Part shown: one piece after another, positions 37,624-49,762 of the stretch
Layout of the letters: each line of letters opens with the position of its first letter
How positions within the stretch are numbered: the first letter of the stretch is position 1
Assembly: GCF_963506605.1 (NCBI RefSeq)
Contig: NC_083276.1
Location: forward strand, 76,942,001 to 77,006,000
Direction: 5' to 3'
Origin: Zootoca vivipara
Taxonomy: Eukaryota
Length of the DNA: 64,000 nt
The notes under the pieces: generated by a model
What the model was told of the DNA's origin: nothing
Databases searched by the model: none
Seen by the model: only the letters and a program-made list of their open reading frames with translations
Position numbers and translations under genes: made by a program

Positions 37624-40600
37624 ATCTATTCTGTTTGTCTCCCCCCCCCTCCGTGACCGGTGTATCTCATGACGTTTTGAAGGATGGTATTTATTTTTGT
37701 CTTGTGGTTATTTGGTGGGAGTTTTTTTGGGGGGGTAGTGGTGCTAAATTGTAAAGTAAAAGACCCCTTGTCGTGCCCCCAAGTGCGTTGCTGTGGGTTA
37801 TCCCCCCCCCGGGCCTAGTGGGGGCCTGGCAGGGCGCTATATAAAACAAAGGCCGTGCTGCGACCTGCAATCTGGGCGTTCGCCCTCTCCCCCCCCCTGG
37901 GCCTAGTGGGGGCCTAGCAGCCTGACAGGAGCCTAGGGGTCTGATAATGGCCGCCTTGGTGGTTTCAGTTGCTTGGTTGATGGTGACATTTGGTTTGTGG
38001 GTGTGGCTTACATTTCACAGGAAGGGAGGGGGTGGAGGGGGTATAACGCCACTTGAGGGCGCTGTTTGACTTGGTGGAAAACCAGGTTTCTACCTGCCCA
38101 GATGTGAGATGTCAGGGATTTTGGTCCCCAACAATGCTCGGGGAGTGGCCTGGATCGTTGTGTCAACATTTCAGGACGATCGGTCAAGCGGTTACGGAGA
38201 AAAGTGCGGCCGACACTTTCAAGATTTTTTACAGTTTTAAATATATAGATGGATGAACAAAATACAAACATTTCAGTTGCAAAACATTTAAGATTTTGCC
38301 TATACTTTATCTCAACTTAGTTTGTCCCCAACCATTGCCATTTTTTAGAAAATATTACAAGAAGATATAAAATGTTACCCACAACCACATTCTACACATG
38401 GGCAATTAAAACAGCCCTTAAACGTCGAAAACAGTCCCCATTTCAGCTTACCTTGAACAAATAAAGCAAAATATGTCATGATGTTTGGCTTTCCTCTTCT
38501 TTTCCCCCTAAGTACCATCAATTCACAGTACAAAAAGTAAGTTACAGAAATGAAGGGAGCAATTATGCCCTCCACTGGATTCTCCCTCAACCCCCTACCA
38601 AGACAATAGTAGTCTTATAATCAATTCCTTGTGGGGGTGTGTGCAAAAGCAACAAAATTCTAATTACAGGAAAGACACTTGATTTTCTTTGCTCTGCAGT
38701 CATAAGATGTCAAAATGTCTAGACAGCTTGAAAAAGAAACTTTGACACAGCACCCTTTCTTGACAGAGTGGGGGGAGGAAGAAAGATAACAAGATTTTGT
38801 ACTGTGAATTGATTATACATCAGTCGTCCCTCATTACTTAAATTGAGCAGAATCATGCAAACTGGTCTGCAGCTGGAGTGAAATAGGAAGCTTGGGACAT
38901 ATTCAAGAATTGTCAACAGTCGATGTTATACTGATCACAACTTATTTTATTGCTTCTAGACAGCTGTATTTCCTAATTTAAACCAATAGTGGCCTGAAGT
39001 TAGACTGTATTTGCACATGTGAACCAAATTCTGCAGCAAGAAAATGTACATTCTGAGCTTAGAATAAATTTTGCAATATTTTACAAAATTTGTCCAAAGT
39101 TACTGAGTTTGATCAGAACCATTAGCACAGGGAGCCTTGAAGGCTTGAATCCTGATCACAAAATACTGTATCCCATTCAAACCCCACTTTGGTTTCCGTG
39201 CATTTATCAGATTTTCTACACATTCCTTGGCAGGGAGGGGATAAAAGCACTTAGGCACTTTTTGCTTCCAGCATTTTATCTCTAGCAATGATTACTAGGA
39301 ACTATATTTTAAAAAGAAAAAGCAAGTCAGCCTGCTTAAGAAGCCAACTCAAATGTCAGATTCTTTGGCAGGTCACAAGGCAGAGATGAAGAGCATATTG
39401 AACATTTTTCTGACTGCAATTCCTAAAAGCATAGAATTCTAACACCCAGATCTCCTTCCTCCAATAAGTAGTAGCAATAGTCAACATTTGCGAAACACTC
39501 AGATGCACCGTAAAGACTGCACTGCGCAACAAGCTAAAATTATGATGCGGAAATCTGTGGTCAACAAGAGGGATTTAAACTTCTATTGTTGTACACACAA
39601 AAGCAGGTAAAGCCCTATTCCAGCAGAATGTAAATTGGATGACAAATCTCTACAAATATGCTTTGTTGTATCTTCTTCTCTAAGTCTAAAAGAAAAGGAT
39701 ATAAAGATAAGGAGGCTAAAAGTTAACTTTAGGTCAACAAACCCATTGAGTTTTGAGGCCAAAAACAAAGTCAAGAAACACCAACGAAAAAAGACTATAA
39801 TAGATACATTAAGCTGGAACTAACCTCCGGGGGTCATGCAGTCTAACCTACCCTGTAGGGGTGAGATTCTAACTCAGGAAGCCTTAACCAGCCAGGAGGT
39901 GAGACAAATAAACCAAAAATTAGTAAACCGAGACATTAGGGAGCCAGCTGTCGTCTTTTAAATATATATGTTTTTCTGTATGCATGCATATATGTGTGTG
40001 CATGTATTTATATTTGTGTGTGCATGCAAGAAAAGCCCTTTTTATTAATTTGTTTAATTTTTATTTTAAACAATAAAGCCAATTTCTAAATATCTTTATT
40101 TATTTCTGTTTAGCTAACACAAGTAAAAGGTTAAATACTGAGCCCCCAAGATAATCATATCTAGGTAGGCTGGGCCCAGGCCTTGATTCCACCCCTGTGT
40201 TAAACAGGCCAGATATTTCAGCCAGATAGTTCTGCCATGTAGGAGTTTCCAAATTCTGTAGAAAATTATCCTCATCTAACACTATGACTGTGCGCAAACA
40301 TAACTCTAAACCATGGTTTAGCACTTTATACAGAAGCGGAAACAAAATGCAAGTTACAACACAGGAACAATGTGAGAAAGGCAGGATCCGAGCAGTAGGA
40401 CTCCAAATGTTCATTGCTAGGGATCACCAACAGAAGGGTGCTATTGCACCTGTGTCCAGGAGCAGATGGCTCCTACTTCTCTACTAGTATAACCGGGAGT
40501 AGCAAACCACAATCCCTGACATAGCATCATGTCCACAGCAGGGACTGAGGTTTGTTTCACTCCAAAAAAAAAATCATGATGCTAAGCCAAAGCTTGTTTT

Positions 40601-41060
40601 GGCTTACCATTTGTGGTTTGGAACAAAACTACCCTCAATCCCCAGTTCTGGTATAATACTAAGCCAGGAAGCATGGTTTCTCAGTCCCATTCCCACTAGT
40701 GGAAGAGTGAAGCAGCAACAATCTCTGTATTCATAGTAAACTATGGTTTACTGTGACATGGGAACTGGGCCTGGAAAGATTGAAAGAGATGAAGAAGTAA
40801 TGAATATAAAAAAGGAAGAAATGCTATATATATACTTTCTGCTCCGTTTGAGAGTTTGGCATGTTTTATGCCTCTGCCTTTACAGACAAACTCTTAATAA
40901 TTTATTGCCTTTGCTGCTTTGTCAATATGACACACTCCATTTGCAAACTCGACAAAACGATCTGTCTTGGGAACTCAGCCAACAAGTGTTTTATGAAGGC
41001 TTCAAGCAGAGAAGCCAACTCTGTTAAAATAGCATCCTGTTGATAAATCCTATCCATATA

Positions 41061-41419
41061 CAGGTGAAACTCAGAAAATTAGAATATTGTTGAAAAGTGC
41101 ATTTATTTCAGTAATGCAACTTAAAAGGTGAAACCAATATATGAGATAGATGCATGACATGCAAAGCAAGTTATGTCAAGCCTTTCTTTGTTGCAATTGT
41201 AATTATTTGTCATTAGGCGGGTCATTTATAAATGGAATCTAATTAATGAAATGTAATTGTGACATTTATTTTTGTATTATTGTAACTATTTGTTTTATTA
41301 CTGTGGAATTTCCAAAAGAAAGCATTTGTAAAAATTAAAAGAAAAATAAAAAATAATGAGTTGCATTACTGAAATAAATGCACTTTTCGACGATATTCTA
41401 ATTTTTTGACTTTCACCTG
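41061..41419. mobile_element. Tc1-like non-autonomous transposon
   Basis: ~62-bp TIRs CAGGTGAAACTCAGAAAATTAGAATAT...ATGCAACT; TA on the left flank. Confidence 0.88.
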
Positions 41420-42599
41420 CAGGTAGAAAGTGTAATGTGAGCAGGAACTAAAGTGATCAGATCCAACTATAATAGTGTTAGAATACCTTTGTTGTTCTTT
41501 CAAAGGTTGTGTGTTCACTTGCCATATTTTGTGGTCTAGTAGGCTTACACAATTATTTCTTTTCCATGTTCTTTGTCACATGAATCAATCCATTCTGTTT
41601 GAGTCTGGGTGCCCATACAGTCTTAACATACCCTGCCTGACTTCCATCTTCACTTTGCCCTTGCCTAAACTTCTTGTGGATTTCTCCTATGTGGAATAAG
41701 TGAATGGTTACATGGTTGGTTGGTATTTAAGAACTATGTGAAAGCATTGGTGTCTCTTTCTTGGGGTGCCATGCTTCATGTCATCAATCCACATATGTCA
41801 TCACATGAAGTGTTGCATATGAGAATGAACCATCAAGATTCAACCACATCTGCACACTATTTCCCAATGGAATCAGTTCACACATATATACACAAACAAA
41901 TACCTCGGTTTTGTACTCCCTTCTCCCTCTTTCCCCGTTCATTCTTTGTCTGTTACAGTTTTCTCAATTATAATGGCATGTGTTTGAGTGGGGTATGTTG
42001 TATTGTGTGTGGAGGAGTTAAGTGTGGAAACACAGTATGAGCAATACCTGTATGTCAATACAAAGCTGATGATTTCAATAATCCATAATCTAAACTAGCA
42101 TTGCTTTGTATGGAAAAGACGTTACATACAGTTCTCCTCCTTCTAAATCACTTCTGTGACTTACGGATTTTTCAGGAAGGCCCCAAGATAACACCCTCCT
42201 CAATAGGTCTTTTTCCTTCTGGTCTCCCTCCCTGCATCATACTTCATTGTCTCCCACTCCTTTACTTTGTTACTATGGTGACCTCAACAAAGACTTTGCT
42301 AGACCTCTGGGGCAGAGACACAACCAACAGTACTAGGACCACAAAGCTCACCCCCTAAGTGCAACAGCAGAGGAAAGATGTCCATGTGAGTTATGGGGGT
42401 TATGGGGCAGGGAGGGGATAAGCAACCATTTGATTGGGAAAAGATAAGCAAGCAAACCTATTTATTGGATCCCATTATTTTGGTGGTGGCAGTAGTGAGG
42501 AAGAATAACTTAAGAGACCATTTTGAAGTGGTGGTGCTTCTTATGTGTTACTGTGTTTGCCTTTACAACAATCCTGTAACACATCCAGCAGTGGCTGTT

Positions 42600-42700
42600 G
42601 CTCATTGGGGCTAGTGGGGCAGAAGGGCGGGACACTAGTAGGAGTAGCAGGAGCTCGAGCCAATGACAGGCAGAGAGAAATAATTCTGTTTTTGTTCCTA
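42600..42700 (+). promoter_or_regulatory. Putative proximal promoter of the coiled-coil gene
   Basis: ATTGG (~42604), GC box GGGCGG (42625-42630), GCCAATG (42659-42665), all upstream of the ATG at 42710. Confidence 0.5.
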
Positions 42701-42709
42701 TTCTCATCC

Positions 42710-42789
42710 ATGCTGAGTTCTACGAGGGAAACAATGGGCCTAAGGAGGAGGAAGCTGACAAGCAGTGACACCCCCTGGGCTGGTTGTCA
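42710..42789 (+). CDS. Uncharacterised coiled-coil protein, putative coding exon 1 (MLSSTRETMGLRRRKLTSSDTPWAGCQ)
   Basis: ATG just after the promoter motifs; donor CA|GTAAGA in phase 2 matches the next exon. Confidence 0.5.
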
Positions 42790-42820
42790 GTAAGAAGGCA
42801 GGCAGGCAAGGTCTTAATAA

Positions 42821-42910
42821 CATAGCTGCCAAGTTATCCCTTTTTTACAGGGATTTTCCCTTATGCTGAATAGGCTTCCTCGCGAGAAAAGCGAAAACTT
42901 GGCAGCTATG
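42821..42910. mobile_element. 90-bp hAT-type MITE
   Basis: TIR CATAGCTGCCAAGTT; perfect TSD CTTAATAA. Confidence 0.92.
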
Positions 42911-43429
42911 CTTAATAATCAGAGAATCGTCGAGTTGAAAGAGACCACAAAGGTCCTCTAGTCCAACCCCCTGCAATGCAGGCTTGCTGAGGGCAGGGTG
43001 GGGCTGGTGGCACCATTTACCTAAAAAGAAGCCTCCACTTGGTCACTTTCCACTTCCATTTTATCCACTGAGAATAAAGGTGAGGGAAAGTGGCTTACCT
43101 AGGGCTATGCAAGAAAGAATTTCAACCCATTGTCTCCCAGACCAAGTGCATCAAATATCACCTAAATGTCTGAATAGGCCATCTTAAATGCAACCCCACA
43201 AAGAGAACTTTTCATTGTCTTCAAGCACAATATTTTTAATGGAGTCAATTTCCTTCACACATTTAGCTGCCAGGCATACTGTGGAAAAATGAAGTAATGT
43301 ACATGCATGTGTAGACCAGTCTGTGAATGGATTTAGAGCCCACCTGGACCCGGGAAGACAGTGCTAGATCTGGGAGACTTTGTACCTGCTCCATTAAGGG
43401 GAGTTGAACCCCTTCAGAACAGGCTACAC

Positions 43430-43530
43430 AGCTAATTCCAGGACATGAGAACCACTTACTCCCAGTGTCTCTGTCTTGTCAGGATTCAGCTTTTGTTTAT
43501 TATCCCTCATCCAGAACACTGGCATATTAA
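43430..43530 (-). mobile_element. L2 LINE RT fragment
   Basis: WMRDNKQKLNPDKTE motif. Confidence 0.7.
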
Positions 43531-44993
43531 ATCCCTGTCCAGCCTCATATGGCTCAGAGAAGAGAAATAGGACAGAGTGTTGTCCACATTCTGAGGGCAC
43601 CTCACTCCAAACCCTTCTCATCATTCTCATCTTCTCACAACATTCTTTGCTTCTTTGTGATACCTGAATTGTTCTCAGTTTTGATAAAAGTAAATATTTA
43701 AATGCATAAATAATAAACCAAATACCACATGCTTGCTCAAAGTGTTTTGAACAAAATCTATTTCTTTTTAGTAGTTAGCTTCCCCCCCCCATTAACAACA
43801 TATTAAATATTTTTCTGGAATGCATTGTTACAGTGTTTGTTCAAGGTGTTGTAAACTTTCACTGGTCTACTGTTGCATTTCCATATATTCACAAAATGTG
43901 CCTGGTTGCTGTTTGCATTCTCGTGCAGTTGTCAATAAGTTCATGACAACATAACTGGGACTGCCAGTGCTCCCACATGACTGGCAGTAACAACAGTTTC
44001 TGATATTTTCTGCAATATATGCATATGGTAGTGAGTTTTTAGATGCACTCATTGTGTGTGTAATGAAAAGCGTATCAGTTCCCAAATATATTGGATAACA
44101 AACGTTTATTGTTGTATCTCTCCTCCCATTTTTTCTCAGATACACAATCTCAGATTTTTTACCCACACAGGGAAATTTTTAGAAAAGAAATATATGTGAA
44201 ACAATATCAGAAAAGGGGAGGGAGGAATGTGGGTTTTGCAATACGAGATGCATAAGAAGTAGAATGGACACACATGTTCAAAGATATTTCTTGCAGAATT
44301 CCCATAGATTCTGCACTCTGATACCTTGTTTGTAAGTGTATGGTCAAAACTGTAATGTTTTGTGCCATCTCTCTAAGTAGGAAGGCCTCTGGAGCAAACG
44401 TTTTTTTTGTCAAGGACCTCATTCTCTCAGGGGTAAATTGCTGGGGCCTACATGCCACCAATGGTTGGTGGTCCACAGCCAATTATAGACCGTGCCAGAG
44501 CCAAAGTAGGCAGGGCATCCCCTTTTCTTTCTCACCCACCTCTGCCATCCTACAATTCCATCCTTGCCATCTGCATGTAATTGACCGTAGGCTGCCCACA
44601 ACAGCTCTAGATTAAGAATATAACTGGGAGAGTGACAGGACAACACAACACACAAAGAAGAAACACACAGGGAGGGGCTTCACATGCTGCACTTTAAGGT
44701 ATATACTTGACATTTTAATCCTCTATCATTAAAAGGTATGATATTAAGGTGGCTAAAAGTAGGATGGCAAAAGCATGCACACATCATATACCGGTAGGTA
44801 CACTGATCATGAAGCTAACTTTGGCTGAGGCTCTCTGTCAAGTCAAGGGCACATTTAGGCAGTAAATTCAGCTTTGTTCATATGCTATGTGTAAAATGGC
44901 TGGTGGTTGCAATTCGTAGGAAGAGTAAAGTAGTAACGAATGTTTTGATTTGCAGAGAAGCTCTGCTGCATGGTTATTTCTTTTTTTTCACAG

Positions 44994-45206
44994 GGAAAAG
45001 AAATCCAGCATAAAAAACATCATTGTGGAAGAAGATGAAAATGAAATAGATAGGGATGCCGCTAACAGCCAGCTCGTGGGGGAAGCAGAGAAGGAACCTC
45101 CTGTCCTCAAACCCAGTGTGATGTTCAGCCTCAATCTGGACAATGAAAAAGTTGGCAGCTCCAGTCCTTCTCCACCTGCTGCTGACTCCCTGAAGAAACA
45201 GAATGT
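44994..45206 (+). CDS. Uncharacterised coiled-coil protein, exon 2 (EKKSSIKNIIVEEDENE...KKQNV)
   Basis: Strong acceptor TTTCTTTTTTTTCACAG, open frame, donor GT|GTAAGC; phases 2-2. Confidence 0.8.
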
Positions 45207-47466
45207 GTAAGCATTGTTCACAAATGGATTCCTTCATAGCCTTTAGAGCAGCCTTCTCCAAATTGGTGCCCTCTGCATGTTTTGGGCTACAACTCCCCTC
45301 AGCTCCAGCATGCAGGGCCAACGCTCAAAGACTATAAGAGTAGAGTCCAACACTGTCTCGAGGGCATCTAGCGAGGGAAGGCTGCTTCACCATTTCTTAT
45401 ATGTAGCTGGCACAGCACAATCTTGCTCTCATGTCATTTTTTTAGAGCCTTATATAGACTCAAGTTAACATAAGTATCTTAACACTGCTGGTTAGATATG
45501 AGCTTTATTCTACTGTACCAACACACCTGCAACTTAACTTAAAATTATGCAGTTTGCTATCTGAATGGCTGACACTTCAATCATGTTTGCACTTAATTTT
45601 GGGGACTGTTCCTCCACTGAAATACGTAATGAAATCCACCCCTTTCTGGGTATATACGTAACAGAAGTTGATGAATGGCCTTTTCCCCTTTGTCTTGTAA
45701 GGATGGGACTGTGAGGCAGCCATATGCCCATTGTCTCATAATGGGGCAGAATAAAGAAAAGTAAACTGGGAATGATGCTTGTTGGGCTCACAAGGAGGGA
45801 TGCTAACCCAAAAAGAAGATGTAAAGGAAGCCTCAGCTCATGCACCTGTGCAGCTCAGGAGCATATATCTCTATTTAGTAGGTCCCATTTTATCTAATGA
45901 GCTTTCTTTCCAAGCAAGCAGGATGGAATTTCAGCCTCAGTAATCAAGCAGGAGAAGGAATATCAGCTGGTGTAGTTTGTTATTTTATGATGCTGGAGGA
46001 AGGCTTGGGAAATGAGAAAAACTTCCAAATTCCTTCTGCTATGCAACTACTAAACTTAACCTTACCTTTCAGAAGTTACTTGTGAAGAAGTTAGGAGTGA
46101 TTGGATTTAGCGGGGTTTGCCTGCAAAAGCTTAGCTTCCAGCCATGCTTGTAACCCTTGGGTTGAAATGCAAAAGATGCTTTCTATTTCTGAAGGTTTTT
46201 AGCAAGAGTGGAAATTTATTGGTTCTACCATCCCTTTATTTGCCTTTATCTAACAGATAGCATGGCATATTTTTTGCTGTTTACACCCCCCACACACACA
46301 CCTAGCAACCAAAGGCTATTGAACACAAACAAAACCACTCAACTTGCTGTTTGTGAGATCAAGTGGAATAAATGAGAGACAGATGGAGGCAGGTAGAAAA
46401 ACCTCTTAATCTTAGAAGAGCCAAGATATCATAGGAATCCCTGAATGATGGAGCCAAAATAAGCTGACCCCTGAGTTGTGAGGAGGAGTAAGAAGGAGGA
46501 AAAGAGACAGGAGGCTGCTGAACAGAGGCCAGAACAGCAGGCCATCTGTAATTATTCCAACTTAGGAAGAGTCAAGATGGGCTCTGGGGAAATTGGCTTG
46601 ATGCAAGAACAACAAGTCTAATGTGGGTGCATTAGACTGCAGGTGAACACCTCGAAGAATAAGGAGTGAATGCATTCATGTCAAAGCTGAATTATGGAGA
46701 CTGGTTTACATCCAACCTTCTTCCTAAGGGATAAGGAAAGAGAGGGCATTTTCAGTCATCGTGTCCCATCTGTAGAATACCCTCACCAAGAAAGTCTGTC
46801 TGATGCCAACTTCAATGTAATTCCTTCCAGTCCCCTGCAAAATCATTTTTATTTGCCTGGGCCCTGTGGCATGCAGTCTAAACTGGGTTTGATTTTGGCT
46901 TTATCTGTCTGCTGAATTCATATGGTTCCATTTCATTGCTGCTTCTGATATTTTAACTTGCTTTAATTTTATACTTTTAACATAAGCAACGGTAGGGCCC
47001 TCCAATTAAAATGTTCCTCCTCAGTACCAGAAATAATCATAGACATATAAATTGGATTCCAGGGCTAAAACTGAACTAGAATCCCTTCCCCTTTGGCATC
47101 TACTTTTTTTGTGCAGAGGGGAGTGTATATGTTTGAAGGAAAGGAGGAGTATTCAACCATGCTAAAGATTCCCCACTTGCAGCCATTCAGCCCACATACA
47201 GGTTTAATATTTGGGTGAGAAACAGACCCATCTGATATCTAGTCCTAGATATTAAGGCCCCAAAGTGGAGCAGCAGCCACATGCAAACTGTTTCCTCTAG
47301 TAGTTGGTGAATGGAATGGAGTGGCTAACCTGTGGACTTCCAGATGTGGTTGGATTCCAACTCCCATCAGCTCGAGGCAGCATAGCCAAAGATCAGGGAT
47401 GGTGGTAGTTGTAGTTCAGCAGCATCTGGAGGATCATAGGCTCCTATACTTGATGCAGACAGTGGT

Positions 47467-47918
47467 TGTCAGGGACTGGGCAGAGGAGGAATGGTGGAGA
47501 CCGCCTCCCCAGCCTGACCCTTCTAGAGAAGAGAGTTCAGAATTTCAACAGGGGTTTGAGGGAGATCATAGCTCAGAGGCAGATGAGGGGAAAAACTGGG
47601 AAATAATGGGAGAGGAGGAAGAAGAAGCACCAGAGGGGGACAGCTGACGGATACAATGTCTTTAGAAAGCATTCCAGGCGCCCCCTCTCCCAGAGAACAG
47701 AAAGTAGGAGAACAGAGAGCTCAGAAACAGAGGGCACATCTCAGCACCTGTATGATGACACATAATGGGAGAGAGGGAGCAACACCATTTCCCAAGAGGC
47801 TGCATTTATAAGCTTCTCTCTGTGAATATTGAATAAAAGGCAATTTGGTAAGAATTTTTCCTTGTCTTATCCATTCCTAGCAACCTACCGTGGGGGATGG
47901 ATCCTCTGACGCCTGACA
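47467..47918 (+). mobile_element. Solo LTR
   Basis: TGTCAGG...CCTGACA termini; 5-bp TSD GTGGT; TTTATAA and AATAAA inside. Confidence 0.88.
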
Positions 47919-48706
47919 GTGGTGTAGAAAAGATATGAGTGCAAATAAAGGCTCCTCCTGGCATCCTTTTTATTGGGTATTCATGATTTATGCCCATGGT
48001 GGCATTAAGATTCGACAGATACCCGACCCCACTTTTAATGCTGTTTGTGCCTGCAAACGTTTTGGGGCAGATATACTGTTTTGTAGCCTCTTCCAACTCT
48101 ACAGTTCTATGATTTTGTTGCACTTTAGCACAAGAGTGCCTCTCCAGGTAGCAATAATGTGTTAGCACTGGGGAAGCATAACAGCATAATAAGGAAGGGT
48201 GTGTGGATGGGCCAGTATAAATCCACCACTACTGTTCTATTGATGCATCGGAGACTTGTTTCAGAATACAGGAAAAAACTGCACCAGTCTGGCTCTAAGA
48301 GAGACGGGCAGGTAAGTAAGTAAGAATTCTGACCCATAGTTATAGGTGTATTTTACTCCTCAAATGGCATGTTTGAACTGGAAACCTCCAGATAACCAGC
48401 AAAGATTTATCACAGTACAGATCCAGCAGGAGGGATAACAAAACATTGCTTGTGGCTCACAACAAAAACTCTTATCTCACATGTCTTTAAATCACCTTCC
48501 TATAACCAACCTGGAAAAATGACAGTTTCTTCATGCGGGAGACAGCCAACAATTTTGCAAAAGGTTTTTGCATATTAACAGTACTTTTGCCCCACTCTCT
48601 GTTCAAGCAGGTTTCTGAAAGAATTCAAACCTGCTTAGAAGAGACAAGAAGTGGACTTCCTTGCGGGATGCATCATACAGACCATAACATTCTGTTTCCT
48701 TTGCAG

Positions 48707-48892
48707 GGCAATTCATTCTCCGCAGCAGAGCCCTGACCTGATGGAAAATCCACGAACGCTACTCATGCTGCTGCGTCAGAGGGATCTGGAAATCATGGCA
48801 CTGAAAAATGCTAACCGGAGAGATCAATCAGACCGGCTTGGCTGTATTTTGCAGCAACTTGTGAAGTCAAGGCAAAAACTGCTGCCTAGGAG
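48707..48892 (+). CDS. Uncharacterised coiled-coil protein, exon 3 (AIHSPQQ...LLMLLRQRDLEIMALK...KLLPR)
   Basis: Acceptor TCTGTTTCCTTTGCAG, donor AG|GTGAGC; phases 2-2; helical heptad character. Confidence 0.85.
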
Positions 48893-49703
48893 GTGAGCAA
48901 CATAAAGCTTTGCAAAACTGGAGTACATGTGCCTACTGAAAAACACTTGCAAAATTACAGGTGACAAAGAAAGGCAGTGGCTGTCAGGTAACACCTAGGG
49001 CAAGAGCTGCTTTGCTGGAAGGGGCAGGATTTATTCTGTGATGGGCAAAGGGTGTTGTGCAGATACGCCCATAGGAAGCAAGGTTCAACACCTTTCGCAA
49101 AGGTAGGATTAAAAACATGATTTGCAGATTAAAGTAATTTATTAAAGGTTAACATATTGGGTGGGATTCAACTAAATTGTTGCATGTGCAGAACATGGTC
49201 CACTCGTGCAATGGGACTTTCTCCCTTCTCTCTGTCACACCCTCTAAAGTTGCTCTGGAGGGTTGGGGAAACCACCACAACGGGTTGGGGGATACGGAGA
49301 GGAGATGGGGTGGAAGTTCAGTTGCGCAAGCAGACCTCATTCCCCATGCACATACCCACCTTCCTGCTAGTGCTACACTCTTCCAAACTTTTAAGGATAC
49401 ATCTCTCCAACAGATTATCATATTGTGTAGGATCATTAAGCTGTTTCTGTATTGGGATGTTTTGAATAGTTTGACACTAGCTCCATTCTGGTGTGTTGAC
49501 ATACCTGTGCGATTCCCCACTACACCAGAGATGAGTCGCGCATTGGTGTGCAACTGAGCCACAAAAGTCACACAGTAATCTGGATGCAAGCCATTTGCAA
49601 CATGAGGTGCATGGGAGGGGGAGGGGGAAGACTTCCCTCCCTTGATCTGAAATGGTACAATCCATAATTACTAATTAATTAATTCATAAAATGTACATAC
49701 CTC

Positions 49704-49707
<4 letters not shown>

Positions 49708-49760
<53 letters not shown>
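49708..49760. repeat. (TA)n microsatellite
   Basis: Direct observation. Confidence 0.97.

Positions 49761-49762
<2 letters not shown>

Larger units (their letters stand above)
36464..38249 (-). mobile_element. Composite non-autonomous Helitron
   Basis: Minus-strand 3' end: hairpin CCACAGCAATGCGTGG then CTAG|T (36464). 5' ends A|TCTAAATATATAG (36918) and A|TCTATATATTT (38249). No TSD; internal 123-bp tandem repeat. Confidence 0.75.

Noticed and set aside
37050-37754. 182-185 aa ORFs
   Set aside because: They overlap a GC-rich hAT MITE bounded by a TSD.
47321-47647. Acidic 108-aa ORF in intron 2
   Set aside because: Read-through of a MITE into a solo LTR.
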